Source: Paracoccaceae bacterium (GTDB lineage: Bacteria > Pseudomonadota > Alphaproteobacteria > JAPKNN01). Taken from it: DNA of 64,000 nucleotides. The notes beneath the pieces are model-generated. The model worked only from the letters and a program-made list of their open reading frames with translations, made no database searches and was not told the DNA's origin. The stretch is taken from positions 18 through 64,017 of the forward strand of contig JAPKNN010000012.1 in assembly GCA_040266715.1 (NCBI GenBank), read 5' to 3'. Shown piece by piece: positions 8,534 to 18,670 of this stretch. Both the position numbers and the translations under genes were made by a program. Positions within the stretch are counted from its first letter, which is position 1, and each line of letters starts with the position of its first letter.

Positions 8534-11281
8534 TTAGAATTTTATGTCGTACCCTAACATAACCTGACTTTGTGTTTTGTTAGTAACAGAATGTCCTGGA
8601 TTGAAACTTAACATAGCTCCCAATTTAAGTGAATCATTACCTAATAGAGTATTGGCTATGCTATAACTAAAGCCTAAATCATATTGACGTGCCGAAGTGT
8701 GTAATGCAAGTGACTGCGTTTCATATGAAATAATATTATTCTCATCTATATGTGTTGGTAGGCGTAAGGATAGATTGCCATGCGTTATTTTTAATGGGCT
8801 TGAGAGGAACATACTCCATAGATCTTGGTTTCCAAATAAATACGCATTCCCTTCCAACAATAATGCAAAGCTATCGGCTGTTACTTTAGAAGTTCCCGTA
8901 AGCAAACCATTTTCACCAGAACTCGCTAAACGGCTTTGGCTTACATGATACACAGATGAAAACGTTATATCGGGCGTAATATCATGCGATATAGCAACAC
9001 TACCAAAAACACTATCGGTTCCGTTTGAAATTGCTAACATATCTCCTAAATCAGATCCTAAAAACGAATTATCTTCATTTACTTGCCCTAAAGACAATGA
9101 AAAACGTGTCCCCTTACTTAATTGGCTACGCATTGAAAAAGCACTTCCCTTAATGTTAGAAACAAAAGCTGGTTCCACACCAGAGGCGTTTAGACTATCA
9201 ATACCTTCAACAATGCCCATCTTACCGTTAATAAATTGGATTTCAAAATCTGTATTACCTATATTATGCATGAGCCCATATGACTGACTTACATCAGCTA
9301 GGCCGAGTATATTATGTTTACTATTGTCTATAACCGAATTTTCATTTGAAAAATTATGCACGACACGCGATAAACCGATACTATTTTCTACACCCTTATT
9401 TGTCATAAAACGAGCGGACACATCTTTTCCCAGTTTCATTGTAACTTCGCTGCCTAATTGCAAGCCTGATGCATATGTTTCCTGATAAATTCCTGTTTTT
9501 ACATTTTCGTGCGGTTGATATGTATTGAGTTTTTGTGTTTGAAGAAAATTATAACGCCAATCTATGAAAGCACTTCTTGAATCATAATTGTTTATATAAG
9601 AAGCAAGATTTGATTGAAACGGTGCTCCTAGCGAATCAAATACATATATCTGGGATGATGAAAGGGCTAATGCAAGACTATCCCCGAAAGCCGCACCGCC
9701 ACTTATTGTAATATCATCGAGTTCAATACCGCTACCTGGATCGTAAATGCGTGCTGAGGTCGTTGATACTGTTCCAAAAGAACGTAAAGCCGCATCAATA
9801 TCTAAAAATCCAAAACCCCATATATTACTATAATTCCGACTTATCGTATAGGTTGTTCCACCTTCTGTCGAAGAAAATGTTACCTCTTCTGTACTAATTG
9901 TATTTTCCAAAGCCCAATCTTGAGACCGCACTGCGGAAACCGAAAATTCTGGAACCTCCTGATTCGCGGTAGCAAATAACCTTTGTCGTAATTGGGCGTT
10001 GGTAACTGAAGGACCAAACGCTTTGCGTAAAAGTGCCAAAGCTCCCGCTACTGTACTTACTGCGTAGCTTTGATCATAACGTAATCTTACATCTTTATTC
10101 TCATCTGCTATAAAGCTTGGTGCTGTTATGCAAAAGCGCTGTGCCTGCCCGCACCGGGTTAGAGCTTCTGCAGAATAATCAGCATCGGAGTTTTCGGCAT
10201 AACGAGCTGCTGCTACGCTAATCCACTGATCCTGCAAAGAAGTTTCAACCAGAGGAATTGCGGTAAGCACATTAGACACAGCATTTGTTATTGTACCTCG
10301 TGTTTCTGATGTGCTTGTTGAAGTAACAACCACATTTCCATCTTGAGGAGCGATTTGTTCTGCTTCGGATAAAATAATTTTATTTTCTCCCAAATTTGTA
10401 AGCCCTGTTATAAAATCGTTCCATTTAGCAGAATCGCTAGAAATACTAGTTCGCGTTAATGTTTCGACAAGTTCCTGTTTTGTAGAAGCCGAGTCTGCAT
10501 TACTATCGGTTGCTAAATCATAAAAACTATCTATGGATGTTACGCCAGTAATTGTTGAAGTACGGTATCCAAGATCGCCTGAATAGCTTCCATACTGGCC
10601 AACAAATCCTATCGCAACACTATCGGCACTATCTCCTGTTAAGGTAGAGGTTGATAAATCAGTTGTTAAATCGGCCTCGTCAAGCGTCTTAACAAACACA
10701 CTTGCTTGAGGAGCAAAACCATACCAATCAACTGTATTACCTGCACGTTTTGTTTTATCTGCGGCTGACAGCAAAACAAAATTCGTTGCTCTTTGTGTTT
10801 GCTCCGTAGATACAGAAGCGGCAGCGGTTTCTAGATCTATATTTATTACATCATTGGCTATATCCTCTGGATAAAATGTAGGGGTAAGGAAAAAGGTCAT
10901 CTTTTGGCCTTCACCCGTAAGGCCTAAAGCATGGGCTTCAAGAAGATTTGATGCCTCATAAGGGTTAACAAGAGTCATAACATCACTATCATTAGAATAT
11001 TTAGGAGCTATTGCACTCTCTGCTGTTGCCTGTGTTGCATCTGTAACATCTACGTTTGCCTGCAACGTTTGGAGCGAACTTTCATAACCCTCTACATTTT
11101 GAAATTCTGCAATTAATGCGTCTGAGTAATCTCCCTGTACATCAGTATCTGTATTTTGAATATTCAACGTTATAGCGCTACCGCCACAACCTTCTAAAAA
11201 AGAACTTATTAATATAATTGCTGAAAAAACAAAAATTTTATCTTTTAACACAGATCGCGTTTTAAACATCGTAAAATCCAT
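8534..11281 (-). CDS. Autotransporter outer membrane protein (type Va secretion); likely start at the second Met (11269)
   Basis: 915 aa; N-terminal signal peptide; S/T/D/A-rich passenger domain; ~280-aa C-terminal beta-barrel with the terminal motif ...YDIKF. Confidence 0.8.
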   Translation of the reverse strand: MDFTMFKTRSVLKDKIFVFSAIILISSFLEGCGGSAITLNIQNTDTDVQGDYSDALIAEFQNVEGYESSLQTLQANVDVTDATQATAESAIAPKYSNDSDVMTLVNPYEASNLLEAHALGLTGEGQKMTFFLTPTFYPEDIANDVINIDLETAAASVSTEQTQRATNFVLLSAADKTKRAGNTVDWYGFAPQASVFVKTLDEADLTTDLSTSTLTGDSADSVAIGFVGQYGSYSGDLGYRTSTITGVTSIDSFYDLATDSNADSASTKQELVETLTRTSISSDSAKWNDFITGLTNLGENKIILSEAEQIAPQDGNVVVTSTSTSETRGTITNAVSNVLTAIPLVETSLQDQWISVAAARYAENSDADYSAEALTRCGQAQRFCITAPSFIADENKDVRLRYDQSYAVSTVAGALALLRKAFGPSVTNAQLRQRLFATANQEVPEFSVSAVRSQDWALENTISTEEVTFSSTEGGTTYTISRNYSNIWGFGFLDIDAALRSFGTVSTTSARIYDPGSGIELDDITISGGAAFGDSLALALSSSQIYVFDSLGAPFQSNLASYINNYDSRSAFIDWRYNFLQTQKLNTYQPHENVKTGIYQETYASGLQLGSEVTMKLGKDVSARFMTNKGVENSIGLSRVVHNFSNENSVIDNSKHNILGLADVSQSYGLMHNIGNTDFEIQFINGKMGIVEGIDSLNASGVEPAFVSNIKGSAFSMRSQLSKGTRFSLSLGQVNEDNSFLGSDLGDMLAISNGTDSVFGSVAISHDITPDITFSSVYHVSQSRLASSGENGLLTGTSKVTADSFALLLEGNAYLFGNQDLWSMFLSSPLKITHGNLSLRLPTHIDENNIISYETQSLALHTSARQYDLGFSYSIANTLLGNDSLKLGAMLSFNPGHSVTNKTQSQVMLGYDIKF

Positions 11282-11283
11282 AC

Positions 11284-11310
11284 TTGAATTGAATTGAATT
11301 GAATTGAATT
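11284..11310. repeat. Pentanucleotide tandem repeat (TTGAA)5 plus a partial unit, directly abutting the autotransporter start codon
   Basis: Read directly: cttgaattgaattgaattgaattgaattatt. Confidence 0.9.
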
Positions 11311-11335
11311 ATTCAAAATAAAATTTAAAAATTTA

Positions 11336-11421
11336 TGGTGCGGGTGGTGAGAGTCGAACTCACACTCCTAAAAGGAACGGCATTTTGAGTGCCGCGCGTC
11401 TGCCAATTCCGCCACACCCGC
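11336..11421 (-). tRNA. tRNA-Leu (anticodon CAA)
   Basis: Reverse complement gcgggtgtggcggaattggcagacgcgcggcactCAAaatgccg...ttcgactctcaccacccgcacca folds as a class II tRNA with a long variable arm, a GTTCGAC T-loop and a CCA end. Confidence 0.9.
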
Positions 11422-11731
11422 TCATTGAAGACATAACCGAATCAATATAGGCAAAAACAAATTAGTTCGCAAGCTTTTTTATATTTCTACCAAGATATTC
11501 GAGATACAATAGTTTCAATAAAATCATTGACTAAACAAGATAAATTTTATCATACCATTCATAATTATCACCATACTGTACTTTATTTATATAGGTTTGC
11601 CAGACTACAACGAACATGAATTAACACATGTTATATCTTGTTTCAAAATTATGTTTGCAATTCGTGCTATTTGTATCTAAATACCTAGAATGTAATAATT
11701 AAGCATAGTTAAAAATTTATGGCCTTCTTTA

Positions 11732-12631
11732 ATGACTCAGAATTCTGATTTACGAAAGTCGCTTTCACCGCATTTGGATGCCCATAGCAAAGCTAATTTC
11801 CTAGTTGAAATTTTACCATATGTACAGCAATATGCTCAAAAAGTAATTGTTATCAAAATTGGTGGTAATGTTATTGATAATCCGCAATTACTGTCTGATT
11901 TTTGTCATGATATTGTGCTACTACGTTCTTTAGGTGTCTTTCCTATAATCGTTCATGGTGGTGGCCCGCAGATTAATGCATATTTAAAAAAACTTAAAAT
12001 AAAAACGGATTTTGTAAATGGCCTACGCAAAACAAGTGCAGAAGTTATGCATGTTGTTGAAATGGTGTTATGTGGACACATTAATAAAAAAATCACAGCT
12101 AATATTCAGCAAGCGGGTGGTATGTCAATTGGGGTTTCAGGACGTGACAACAAGTTGATCCAAGCTAAAGCCTATACAGGAAAAGGGGATATTGGTAATG
12201 TTGGCTATCCAACACATATCAACACATATATGCTAAATTCTATTTTGAAAGATGGTGTTATTCCTGTAATTGCTCCTATCGGATGCGATGCATATTGCCA
12301 AGCTCTTAATATTAATGCCGATACTGCCGCTGGTGAAATTGCTATCGCTATGTCAGCAATACGTCTATTACTTCTTACCGATGTCGATGGAATTAAAGAT
12401 AAAAATAACCAATTATTAACTATGTTGACAACAGATAATGCACGCGAATTAATTACACATGAAGTCGCTACAGGCGGTATGATACCTAAACTGGAAACAT
12501 GTATACACGTTGTGGAGAATCATGTATCCGCTGCCGTTATCATTAATGGAACTATTCCTCACGCTTGTTTACTCGAACTCTTTACAACACAAGGTGGCGG
12601 CACCCTAATTATAGGTAATGAGCAAGACTGA
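11732..12631 (+). CDS. argB: Acetylglutamate kinase
   Basis: 299 aa; VIKIGGN, VHGGGPQI and NINAD motifs of the amino-acid kinase family. Confidence 0.92.
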   Translation: MTQNSDLRKSLSPHLDAHSKANFLVEILPYVQQYAQKVIVIKIGGNVIDNPQLLSDFCHDIVLLRSLGVFPIIVHGGGPQINAYLKKLKIKTDFVNGLRKTSAEVMHVVEMVLCGHINKKITANIQQAGGMSIGVSGRDNKLIQAKAYTGKGDIGNVGYPTHINTYMLNSILKDGVIPVIAPIGCDAYCQALNINADTAAGEIAIAMSAIRLLLLTDVDGIKDKNNQLLTMLTTDNARELITHEVATGGMIPKLETCIHVVENHVSAAVIINGTIPHACLLELFTTQGGGTLIIGNEQD

Positions 12632-12663
12632 TCACGCATTTTTACAAATTTATAGAGCAATAT

Positions 12664-13737
12664 ATGAAAAAAATATACTACAGTACTATTCTTCTGATAA
12701 TGACTATTTTTATTTCCTCATTTCATATAAAAAAAGCTGAGGCACAAAGTTTGCTTCTTTGTAATTATTCAAGCTATATTTTAGAGGTCGCTATTTCTCT
12801 TCAAAAAATTGATACTTTTTCTAGTATAGGATGGTATATATTTTTACCAGGAAGATGCAAAGACATTGAACCTAAAAATAGTGTTTTAGAGGATTTAGAT
12901 TCTTTTTATGCCAGTTTTAAAGAACAAGATTATTATAATGATTACAGTGTAGAGATACATTCAAATAGGTTTTTTTGTGTCCATGCAGACAATTTTGTTT
13001 TAGAAGATGCCTCGCAATGTTCTGATCCTGATCAATATTATGCTAGCTTTAGAGAAATTTTTTTCAATGAAGATAACAAAAAATTTACAGCTTATATATC
13101 TGGCGACAATAAATTTACCACAGAAGAAGCGAATATTGCAGGGCTACAGCGATTAGCCTCTATCGCAAATGTTAGCAATGTTAAAATAGACGGTAAAAAA
13201 AGTGCCGCATTTGACAAAGATATCAATGCTTTTATCAAGAAAAATTTACCGAATTTTGATAGCAAAGATAGCTATACAACAAAAAATGAAAAATTATATT
13301 CTAGCTTGGTAACAGCTGCTAGGGAAAAACAATCTAAAGTCGGCCTGTTCGTCTGTAATAATACAGATTTGCAAATTTGGGGGGTTTTTGGAGCCCAAGA
13401 AAAGAAAAAAATTGTTGTCAAAGGATGGCGACAAATAGCAACAAATTCATGTTTAAAAGTCATCAAAAAACCGCTCGGTAAAAATACAATATATTATTAC
13501 GCCGAAGCTCAAAAAAAACCAACTTTGGATGTTGAAAAAAAACCTGAAATGCGCTGGGGAGGAAATGTCAAATTATGCATTAGTGAAAACAGTTTTATCA
13601 TCGATAATCATACAAATTGTGAAAAGAAAAACCTCATTACGAGAGGATTTGCCGATATAAAAGTCAATCAAGATTTTTGGATTATACATTTTGGTGACCC
13701 TAACGCGAAAAAAGAAACTGTACTAGATGATAAATAA
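12664..13737 (+). CDS. Secreted protein with two DUF1036-like domains
   Basis: Signal peptide; two copies of the C-N-x-[ST]...GW...C pattern (LLLCNYSS...IGWYIF...C and LFVCNNTD...KGWRQI...C). Confidence 0.5.
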   Translation: MKKIYYSTILLIMTIFISSFHIKKAEAQSLLLCNYSSYILEVAISLQKIDTFSSIGWYIFLPGRCKDIEPKNSVLEDLDSFYASFKEQDYYNDYSVEIHSNRFFCVHADNFVLEDASQCSDPDQYYASFREIFFNEDNKKFTAYISGDNKFTTEEANIAGLQRLASIANVSNVKIDGKKSAAFDKDINAFIKKNLPNFDSKDSYTTKNEKLYSSLVTAAREKQSKVGLFVCNNTDLQIWGVFGAQEKKKIVVKGWRQIATNSCLKVIKKPLGKNTIYYYAEAQKKPTLDVEKKPEMRWGGNVKLCISENSFIIDNHTNCEKKNLITRGFADIKVNQDFWIIHFGDPNAKKETVLDDK

Positions 13738-14374
13738 TTTTTCTGCAATACAATACTGGCTTTTTGATCTTGATAATACCTTTTATCCAGCACAAAGTGG
13801 TGTTTTTAGTCAAATAGAAAAACGCTTCACCCTGTACATTCAAAATACCTTTAACTTAGATTATAATGCAGCTTATAAAAAGCAAAAAGACTATTATAGG
13901 CAATTTGGCACAACGCTTAATGGACTCATGCAATGTGATAATGTTGATCCCGATGAATTTATGCGTTTTGTACATGATATAGACTTGTCCATGCTTGCCG
14001 TTGACGCAGAGTTCAATGATTTAATTGCTAATCTATCTGGAGAAAAATATATTGTAACGAATGCATCAACACATCATGCAAAAAATATACTCCGTCATAT
14101 GGGACTCTCACAACATGTTAACGGAATATTTGACATTCGTGATGCGCATTTTATTCCCAAACCGCATGCTCTATATTATGAAAAATGTATTAGCAAATAT
14201 AGAATTAAAGCCCCAAAAGCGGCTATGTTTGATGATATTGCCGATAATTTACACATCCCCCATCAATTAGGAATGCAAACAGTTTTGATTACATCTTCTC
14301 CTACAGATAAACATATTGAGCAAGATATTCATCACACATGTTCAACACTGAAAAAATTTTTACTTTCCCTATAA
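13727..14374 (+). CDS. Pyrimidine 5'-nucleotidase (HAD superfamily)
   Basis: WLFDLDNTFY HAD motif I; size and position between argB and dapD as in Rhizobiales. Confidence 0.75.
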   Translation: MINNFSAIQYWLFDLDNTFYPAQSGVFSQIEKRFTLYIQNTFNLDYNAAYKKQKDYYRQFGTTLNGLMQCDNVDPDEFMRFVHDIDLSMLAVDAEFNDLIANLSGEKYIVTNASTHHAKNILRHMGLSQHVNGIFDIRDAHFIPKPHALYYEKCISKYRIKAPKAAMFDDIADNLHIPHQLGMQTVLITSSPTDKHIEQDIHHTCSTLKKFLLSL

Positions 14375-14405
14375 CGGAGTTTATAGTAAACATATTTAAC
14401 ACAAG

Positions 14406-15284
14406 ATGAAAGATAAAATAGATATGATCGACTCGTTAACAAATACTACATCGGACTTAAAAAAAATCATTGAAAAAAGCTATGAGAGCATAACGTCCAT
14501 GCAGACCGATGCTGATAGCGAAATTAAAGAGGCCGTCGAAGAGACGTTTCGTCTGTTAGGGCAAGGACATTTGCGGGTAGCCTCTAAAGAGACTAATGGT
14601 TGGACTGTACATACATGGCTTAAAAAAGCAATTCTCTTGCATTTTCGTTTGCAACCAATGCGACGTATAGCAGGGGCAGCTGAAGATAATTTTTGGTGGG
14701 ATAAAATCAAGCCCAAATTTAGTAACTGGCAAGATGAAGATTTTCGTCAGGCAGGTGTGAGATGTGTTCCTCACTCTTTTGCACGGGAAGGTAGTTATAT
14801 CGCACCTGGTGCTGTGCTTATGCCAAGCTTTGTTAATGTTGGTGCGTATATCGATGCACATACGATGATTGATGCATGGGCAACTGTTGGATCCTGTGCA
14901 CAAATTGGTAAGAATGTGCATATATCAGGGGGGGCAGGAATTGGAGGTGTGCTTGAACCGCTACAAGCCAACCCTGTTGTTATTGAGGATGATTGCTTTA
15001 TAGGGGCACGTTCAGAAGTGGCTGAGGGAGTCATTGTTGAGCAAGGAAGTGTTTTATCTATGGGCGTGTATATTGGAGCTTCCACAAAAATAGTTGATAG
15101 ACAAACGGGTGAGATTTACTATGGAAAAGTACCCGCATTTTCTGTCGTTGTTCCTGGTACATTACCTGGTAAAATGAGAGAAGATAACTCACAAGAACCT
15201 TCATTATATTGTGCCGTTATTATTAAAAAAGCCGACGCTAAAACACGTTCCAAAACCTCAATTAATGCTTTGTTAAGAGATTAA
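14406..15284 (+). CDS. dapD: 2,3,4,5-tetrahydropyridine-2,6-dicarboxylate N-succinyltransferase
   Basis: 292 aa; hexapeptide-repeat left-handed beta-helix region ([36 protein letters not shown]). Confidence 0.9.
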   Translation: MKDKIDMIDSLTNTTSDLKKIIEKSYESITSMQTDADSEIKEAVEETFRLLGQGHLRVASKETNGWTVHTWLKKAILLHFRLQPMRRIAGAAEDNFWWDKIKPKFSNWQDEDFRQAGVRCVPHSFAREGSYIAPGAVLMPSFVNVGAYIDAHTMIDAWATVGSCAQIGKNVHISGGAGIGGVLEPLQANPVVIEDDCFIGARSEVAEGVIVEQGSVLSMGVYIGASTKIVDRQTGEIYYGKVPAFSVVVPGTLPGKMREDNSQEPSLYCAVIIKKADAKTRSKTSINALLRD

Positions 15285-15291
15285 AATAGTT

Positions 15292-16461
15292 ATGAAAAAG
15301 ACAGCCGATGAAATCGCTTTGCACCATGCACAAGAGCTTATATCATTACAAAGCGTAACTCCTCATGCTGAACAAGCTATTGCCTATTGTAAAGAATATT
15401 TACAGGCATGTGCGTTTGATTGCCATCTATTACATTATGGCGAGGATGAAAATAAAGTTGCCAATCTTGTGGCTATGCATGGCGATAAAAAACCGCATCT
15501 ATGTTTTGCTGGGCACCTTGATACCGTTCCTGCAGGTGATTTAGAAGCTTGGCAATATCCTCCTTTTAAGGCAACCATTCATGAAGGAAAATTGTATGGA
15601 CGTGGAGCAGAGGATATGAAGGGTAATGTTGCAGCTTTTATGGCCGCTGCAGAGTTTTTTTTATACCAAAACCCCGCCTATAAAGGGCGATTAAGTATGT
15701 TATTAACTTCTGATGAAGAAGGACCAGCCCTTTATGGAACAAAACCCACAATCAAATGGATGCATACAAATGGTTATACACCTGACCACGTAATCGTTGG
15801 GGAACCAACTGCACAAGCATCTCCTGGCGATGCAATAAAAATTGGACGTAGAGGCAGCATCAATACAAAAGTTACAGTAAAAGGCACTCAAGGTCATGTT
15901 GCTTATCCTGAAAAAGCTAATAGTCCAATGCCTGCAGTTCTGGCTTTATGTTCTAAACTTAACGCCACTGTGCTTGATGAAGGAAGTACTCATTTTTCTG
16001 CCTCGCATTTAGAAATTACCTCCATTGATACGGGTAATCTTGCAACAAATGTCATACCCGAAAATGTATACATACATTTTAATATTCGCTACAATGATCA
16101 TCATACGGGGGACAGCTTAGCAAAATGGATAAAACAAATATGCTCAGAAGTAGAAAATGAATTTCATGTAAGCATTAATGCCAATAGCCGCAATTCTGGG
16201 GATAGTTTTTATACGCAGGATGCTCCTTATCTCAAGATCATTACTGAGGTAATTAAAAACACAATACAAAAGGAACCCGTTTTATCTACTGGTGGGGGCA
16301 CATCTGATGCACGCTTTATAAAAAATTTCTGCCCTGTAGTTGAAATTGGACTCCCTGGTAAAACTATGCACAAAATTAACGAATACATTGAAATAGAACA
16401 TCTTAATATACTTACTAAACTTTATTTACATATTATAGAAAAATATTTTTTTCTTAATTAA
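15292..16461 (+). CDS. dapE: Succinyl-diaminopimelate desuccinylase
   Basis: 389 aa; M20 peptidase motifs (GHLDTVP, GRGAEDMKG, SDEEG). Confidence 0.9.
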   Translation: MKKTADEIALHHAQELISLQSVTPHAEQAIAYCKEYLQACAFDCHLLHYGEDENKVANLVAMHGDKKPHLCFAGHLDTVPAGDLEAWQYPPFKATIHEGKLYGRGAEDMKGNVAAFMAAAEFFLYQNPAYKGRLSMLLTSDEEGPALYGTKPTIKWMHTNGYTPDHVIVGEPTAQASPGDAIKIGRRGSINTKVTVKGTQGHVAYPEKANSPMPAVLALCSKLNATVLDEGSTHFSASHLEITSIDTGNLATNVIPENVYIHFNIRYNDHHTGDSLAKWIKQICSEVENEFHVSINANSRNSGDSFYTQDAPYLKIITEVIKNTIQKEPVLSTGGGTSDARFIKNFCPVVEIGLPGKTMHKINEYIEIEHLNILTKLYLHIIEKYFFLN

Positions 16462-16674
16462 TTCTTTGATTATTCTATTACTTTTATCAATTAGCAAGAT
16501 TTCCCCAGCTTTATTTCTTTGATCCTAAATAATTTTTACAAAAATCCCTAGAATCAATTATTTTACAGTTGTTATGTCTGTTGCCAAATACCTAGTTAAA
16601 GTTCAATGAATTTATGAAACCTTAATATAGCTTTTCAACAGTAATGTAGACAGTTTATAATATAGGCGGTTTTA

Positions 16675-18621
16675 ATGAGACAATTTTTAATATTTGTAAG
16701 TATTCTTGTTATTTCAGGTGTAAGTGGACACATATTCTTTAATACGTTAAATTTTAGTTTTATTTTAGCATTGTTGAGCTCACTATCGCTGTTTCTTATT
16801 CTTATACTGGTTAATGTTATAATCAAAAGGTGGTTTTATATTAGTACTTCGCAAAATGCCCTTAAATCATCAAAAATAAATCAAAATCCTGTACATTCTG
16901 CTATACCGATCCATACTATCACCAGCAACGCACCCAATGTAGAAGCAACATTACAGCAACCCGTCACAGAAATTGAAAACGAAAAGATTGTTAAACACAC
17001 ATCACAAGATGAAAATTTCACTGATAGTAGTGAATTATCTCCTACAGAATCAGAAAAAACAGAACAAAAAATGCAATTTGTTGATGGTTATAGTGATGAA
17101 CTCCTAAAAGCATACATACAGAATAACGATATTAGCCCAGCAGAAAAAAACCAAACACTATCTCAAGACAATCTTCCTGAGAAAGAGACGAAATCTGTCA
17201 GCCAAGCACCCGCAACATTTCAAGAAAACATTATAGAATCAAATGATATTTATAAACAAACAGATGAAAAAATAATATCTGAAATTGAAGATTTAAAAAA
17301 TAGAATAATTCAACTTGAAAAACACACTAAACTATCAGAAGTTGCACCTGAAAAAATGAAGGAGCATGTTGTAAACAATACAGCGCAGGAGACAATTTTT
17401 CCTCAAGATAATAAGCAGGATGATATTGAATCAAAAAATTATGTTTCATATATTCCTCCTGATACATTAACACCAAATACGGAACACTCCAAAATATTAA
17501 ATAATTTTCGTACGATTGCAGCATCTAGTCCTTCACACAATTCTATAGGTGATAATGACACACCAAAGCAATTTTTTGATGAATTAAGCGACCTTATGCC
17601 AAGTATAAAATCAGATGAGTTTACTCTGACAAATGCTTCGGAAAATAGCGAAGACATAAACAAAAATACAAGCGATTCTGAACATCATAACTATTTTGAC
17701 AGTAACTATATGACAGAAGGTAATCTCGTCAAGCATGAGAAACTTAACACCTCTAATGAACATGACACCCCTGACAGCAGCAATATAAAGATTGAAAAAG
17801 TAGAAAATGTAGAAAATGTAGAAACATTACAACAAGATGAGGAAGATAATTTCCAATCTGATCCCAATTACGGGCATATTGTTGAAGATATTCGTAAGGC
17901 TATATTCTCATCTAACATTGAAGCATTACTACAGCCAATTATTGAATTACCTTCACGACGCATCAATATATATGAGAGTTTCTTACGTATCAAAGATAGA
18001 TACGGTAATCCTATTAAGGATGAGACTGTAAGAGCTATTGCTCAGCCTTTAGGGCTTTTGCCCAAAAGAGATATTAGAGCTATTGAAATGCTCTTTACTG
18101 TAGCAGAAAAGCTTATTCAAAAAGGTCGTAAGACACCAATTATATTTTCACCTGATATTGAAATTATTAGGGATTCTGAATATTTCGACGAACTTAAAGA
18201 TATTATAGATAAATACTACAATATAGCACATATGCTAGTTTTTGAATTTAGCCAAGACTTATATAATAGTATGGACAAATTGACTTGGCATTCATTAAAA
18301 GTTCTTGCACGCAGTAATATACGGTTTTCTTTAAATAATTTAAATGATTTAAACATTGATTTTCGTTATTTAGCCACAAATAATTTTACAACAATACGGC
18401 TTTCACATACAGATTTTCTTCATAATATAAATAGTCTAGGAGGGCAGTTCCTACCAGAGGATTATAATGATGCCTTGCAGCGTGTAGGTCTTAAATTGAT
18501 TGTTAACAATGTAGAGGATAATAATACTGTAGAAATTCTTACACAAAAGAACATTCATTTTATACAAGGTGATTTTTTTGCAAGGCCTCGTGTTGTAAGA
18601 GACGATATTAACAATCGCTAA
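16675..18621 (+). CDS. Membrane-anchored protein with long acidic low-complexity linker and degenerate C-terminal EAL domain (TipF-like architecture)
   Basis: Two N-terminal TM helices; ~350 aa rich in S/T/N/E/D; C-terminal ~240 aa aligns to EAL blocks (NIEALLQPIIEL; LVFEFSQ ~ LEITE; IRFSLNNLND in place of DDFGTG; IQGDFFARP ~ QGYLFSRP). Confidence 0.5.
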   Translation: MRQFLIFVSILVISGVSGHIFFNTLNFSFILALLSSLSLFLILILVNVIIKRWFYISTSQNALKSSKINQNPVHSAIPIHTITSNAPNVEATLQQPVTEIENEKIVKHTSQDENFTDSSELSPTESEKTEQKMQFVDGYSDELLKAYIQNNDISPAEKNQTLSQDNLPEKETKSVSQAPATFQENIIESNDIYKQTDEKIISEIEDLKNRIIQLEKHTKLSEVAPEKMKEHVVNNTAQETIFPQDNKQDDIESKNYVSYIPPDTLTPNTEHSKILNNFRTIAASSPSHNSIGDNDTPKQFFDELSDLMPSIKSDEFTLTNASENSEDINKNTSDSEHHNYFDSNYMTEGNLVKHEKLNTSNEHDTPDSSNIKIEKVENVENVETLQQDEEDNFQSDPNYGHIVEDIRKAIFSSNIEALLQPIIELPSRRINIYESFLRIKDRYGNPIKDETVRAIAQPLGLLPKRDIRAIEMLFTVAEKLIQKGRKTPIIFSPDIEIIRDSEYFDELKDIIDKYYNIAHMLVFEFSQDLYNSMDKLTWHSLKVLARSNIRFSLNNLNDLNIDFRYLATNNFTTIRLSHTDFLHNINSLGGQFLPEDYNDALQRVGLKLIVNNVEDNNTVEILTQKNIHFIQGDFFARPRVVRDDINNR

Positions 18622-18670
18622 AGACTGTGTGTTTGTAAAACAAAATACGCCGTTACGTTTTTTATTTCCT

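Noticed and set aside
11279-11281. First ATG (MDFTM...) as the autotransporter start
   Set aside because: The pentanucleotide repeat abuts it with no room for a ribosome-binding site. The second ATG 12 nt downstream begins a canonical signal peptide and has a GGA-containing spacer. The ORF-track coordinates are kept, but the internal start is favoured.
14480-15085. Three antisense ORFs (78, 121 and 96 aa) inside dapD
   Set aside because: They lie entirely within, and opposite to, a high-confidence conserved gene. Their Cys/Ser/Thr-rich translations are typical of antisense frames of coding DNA. No signals were found.
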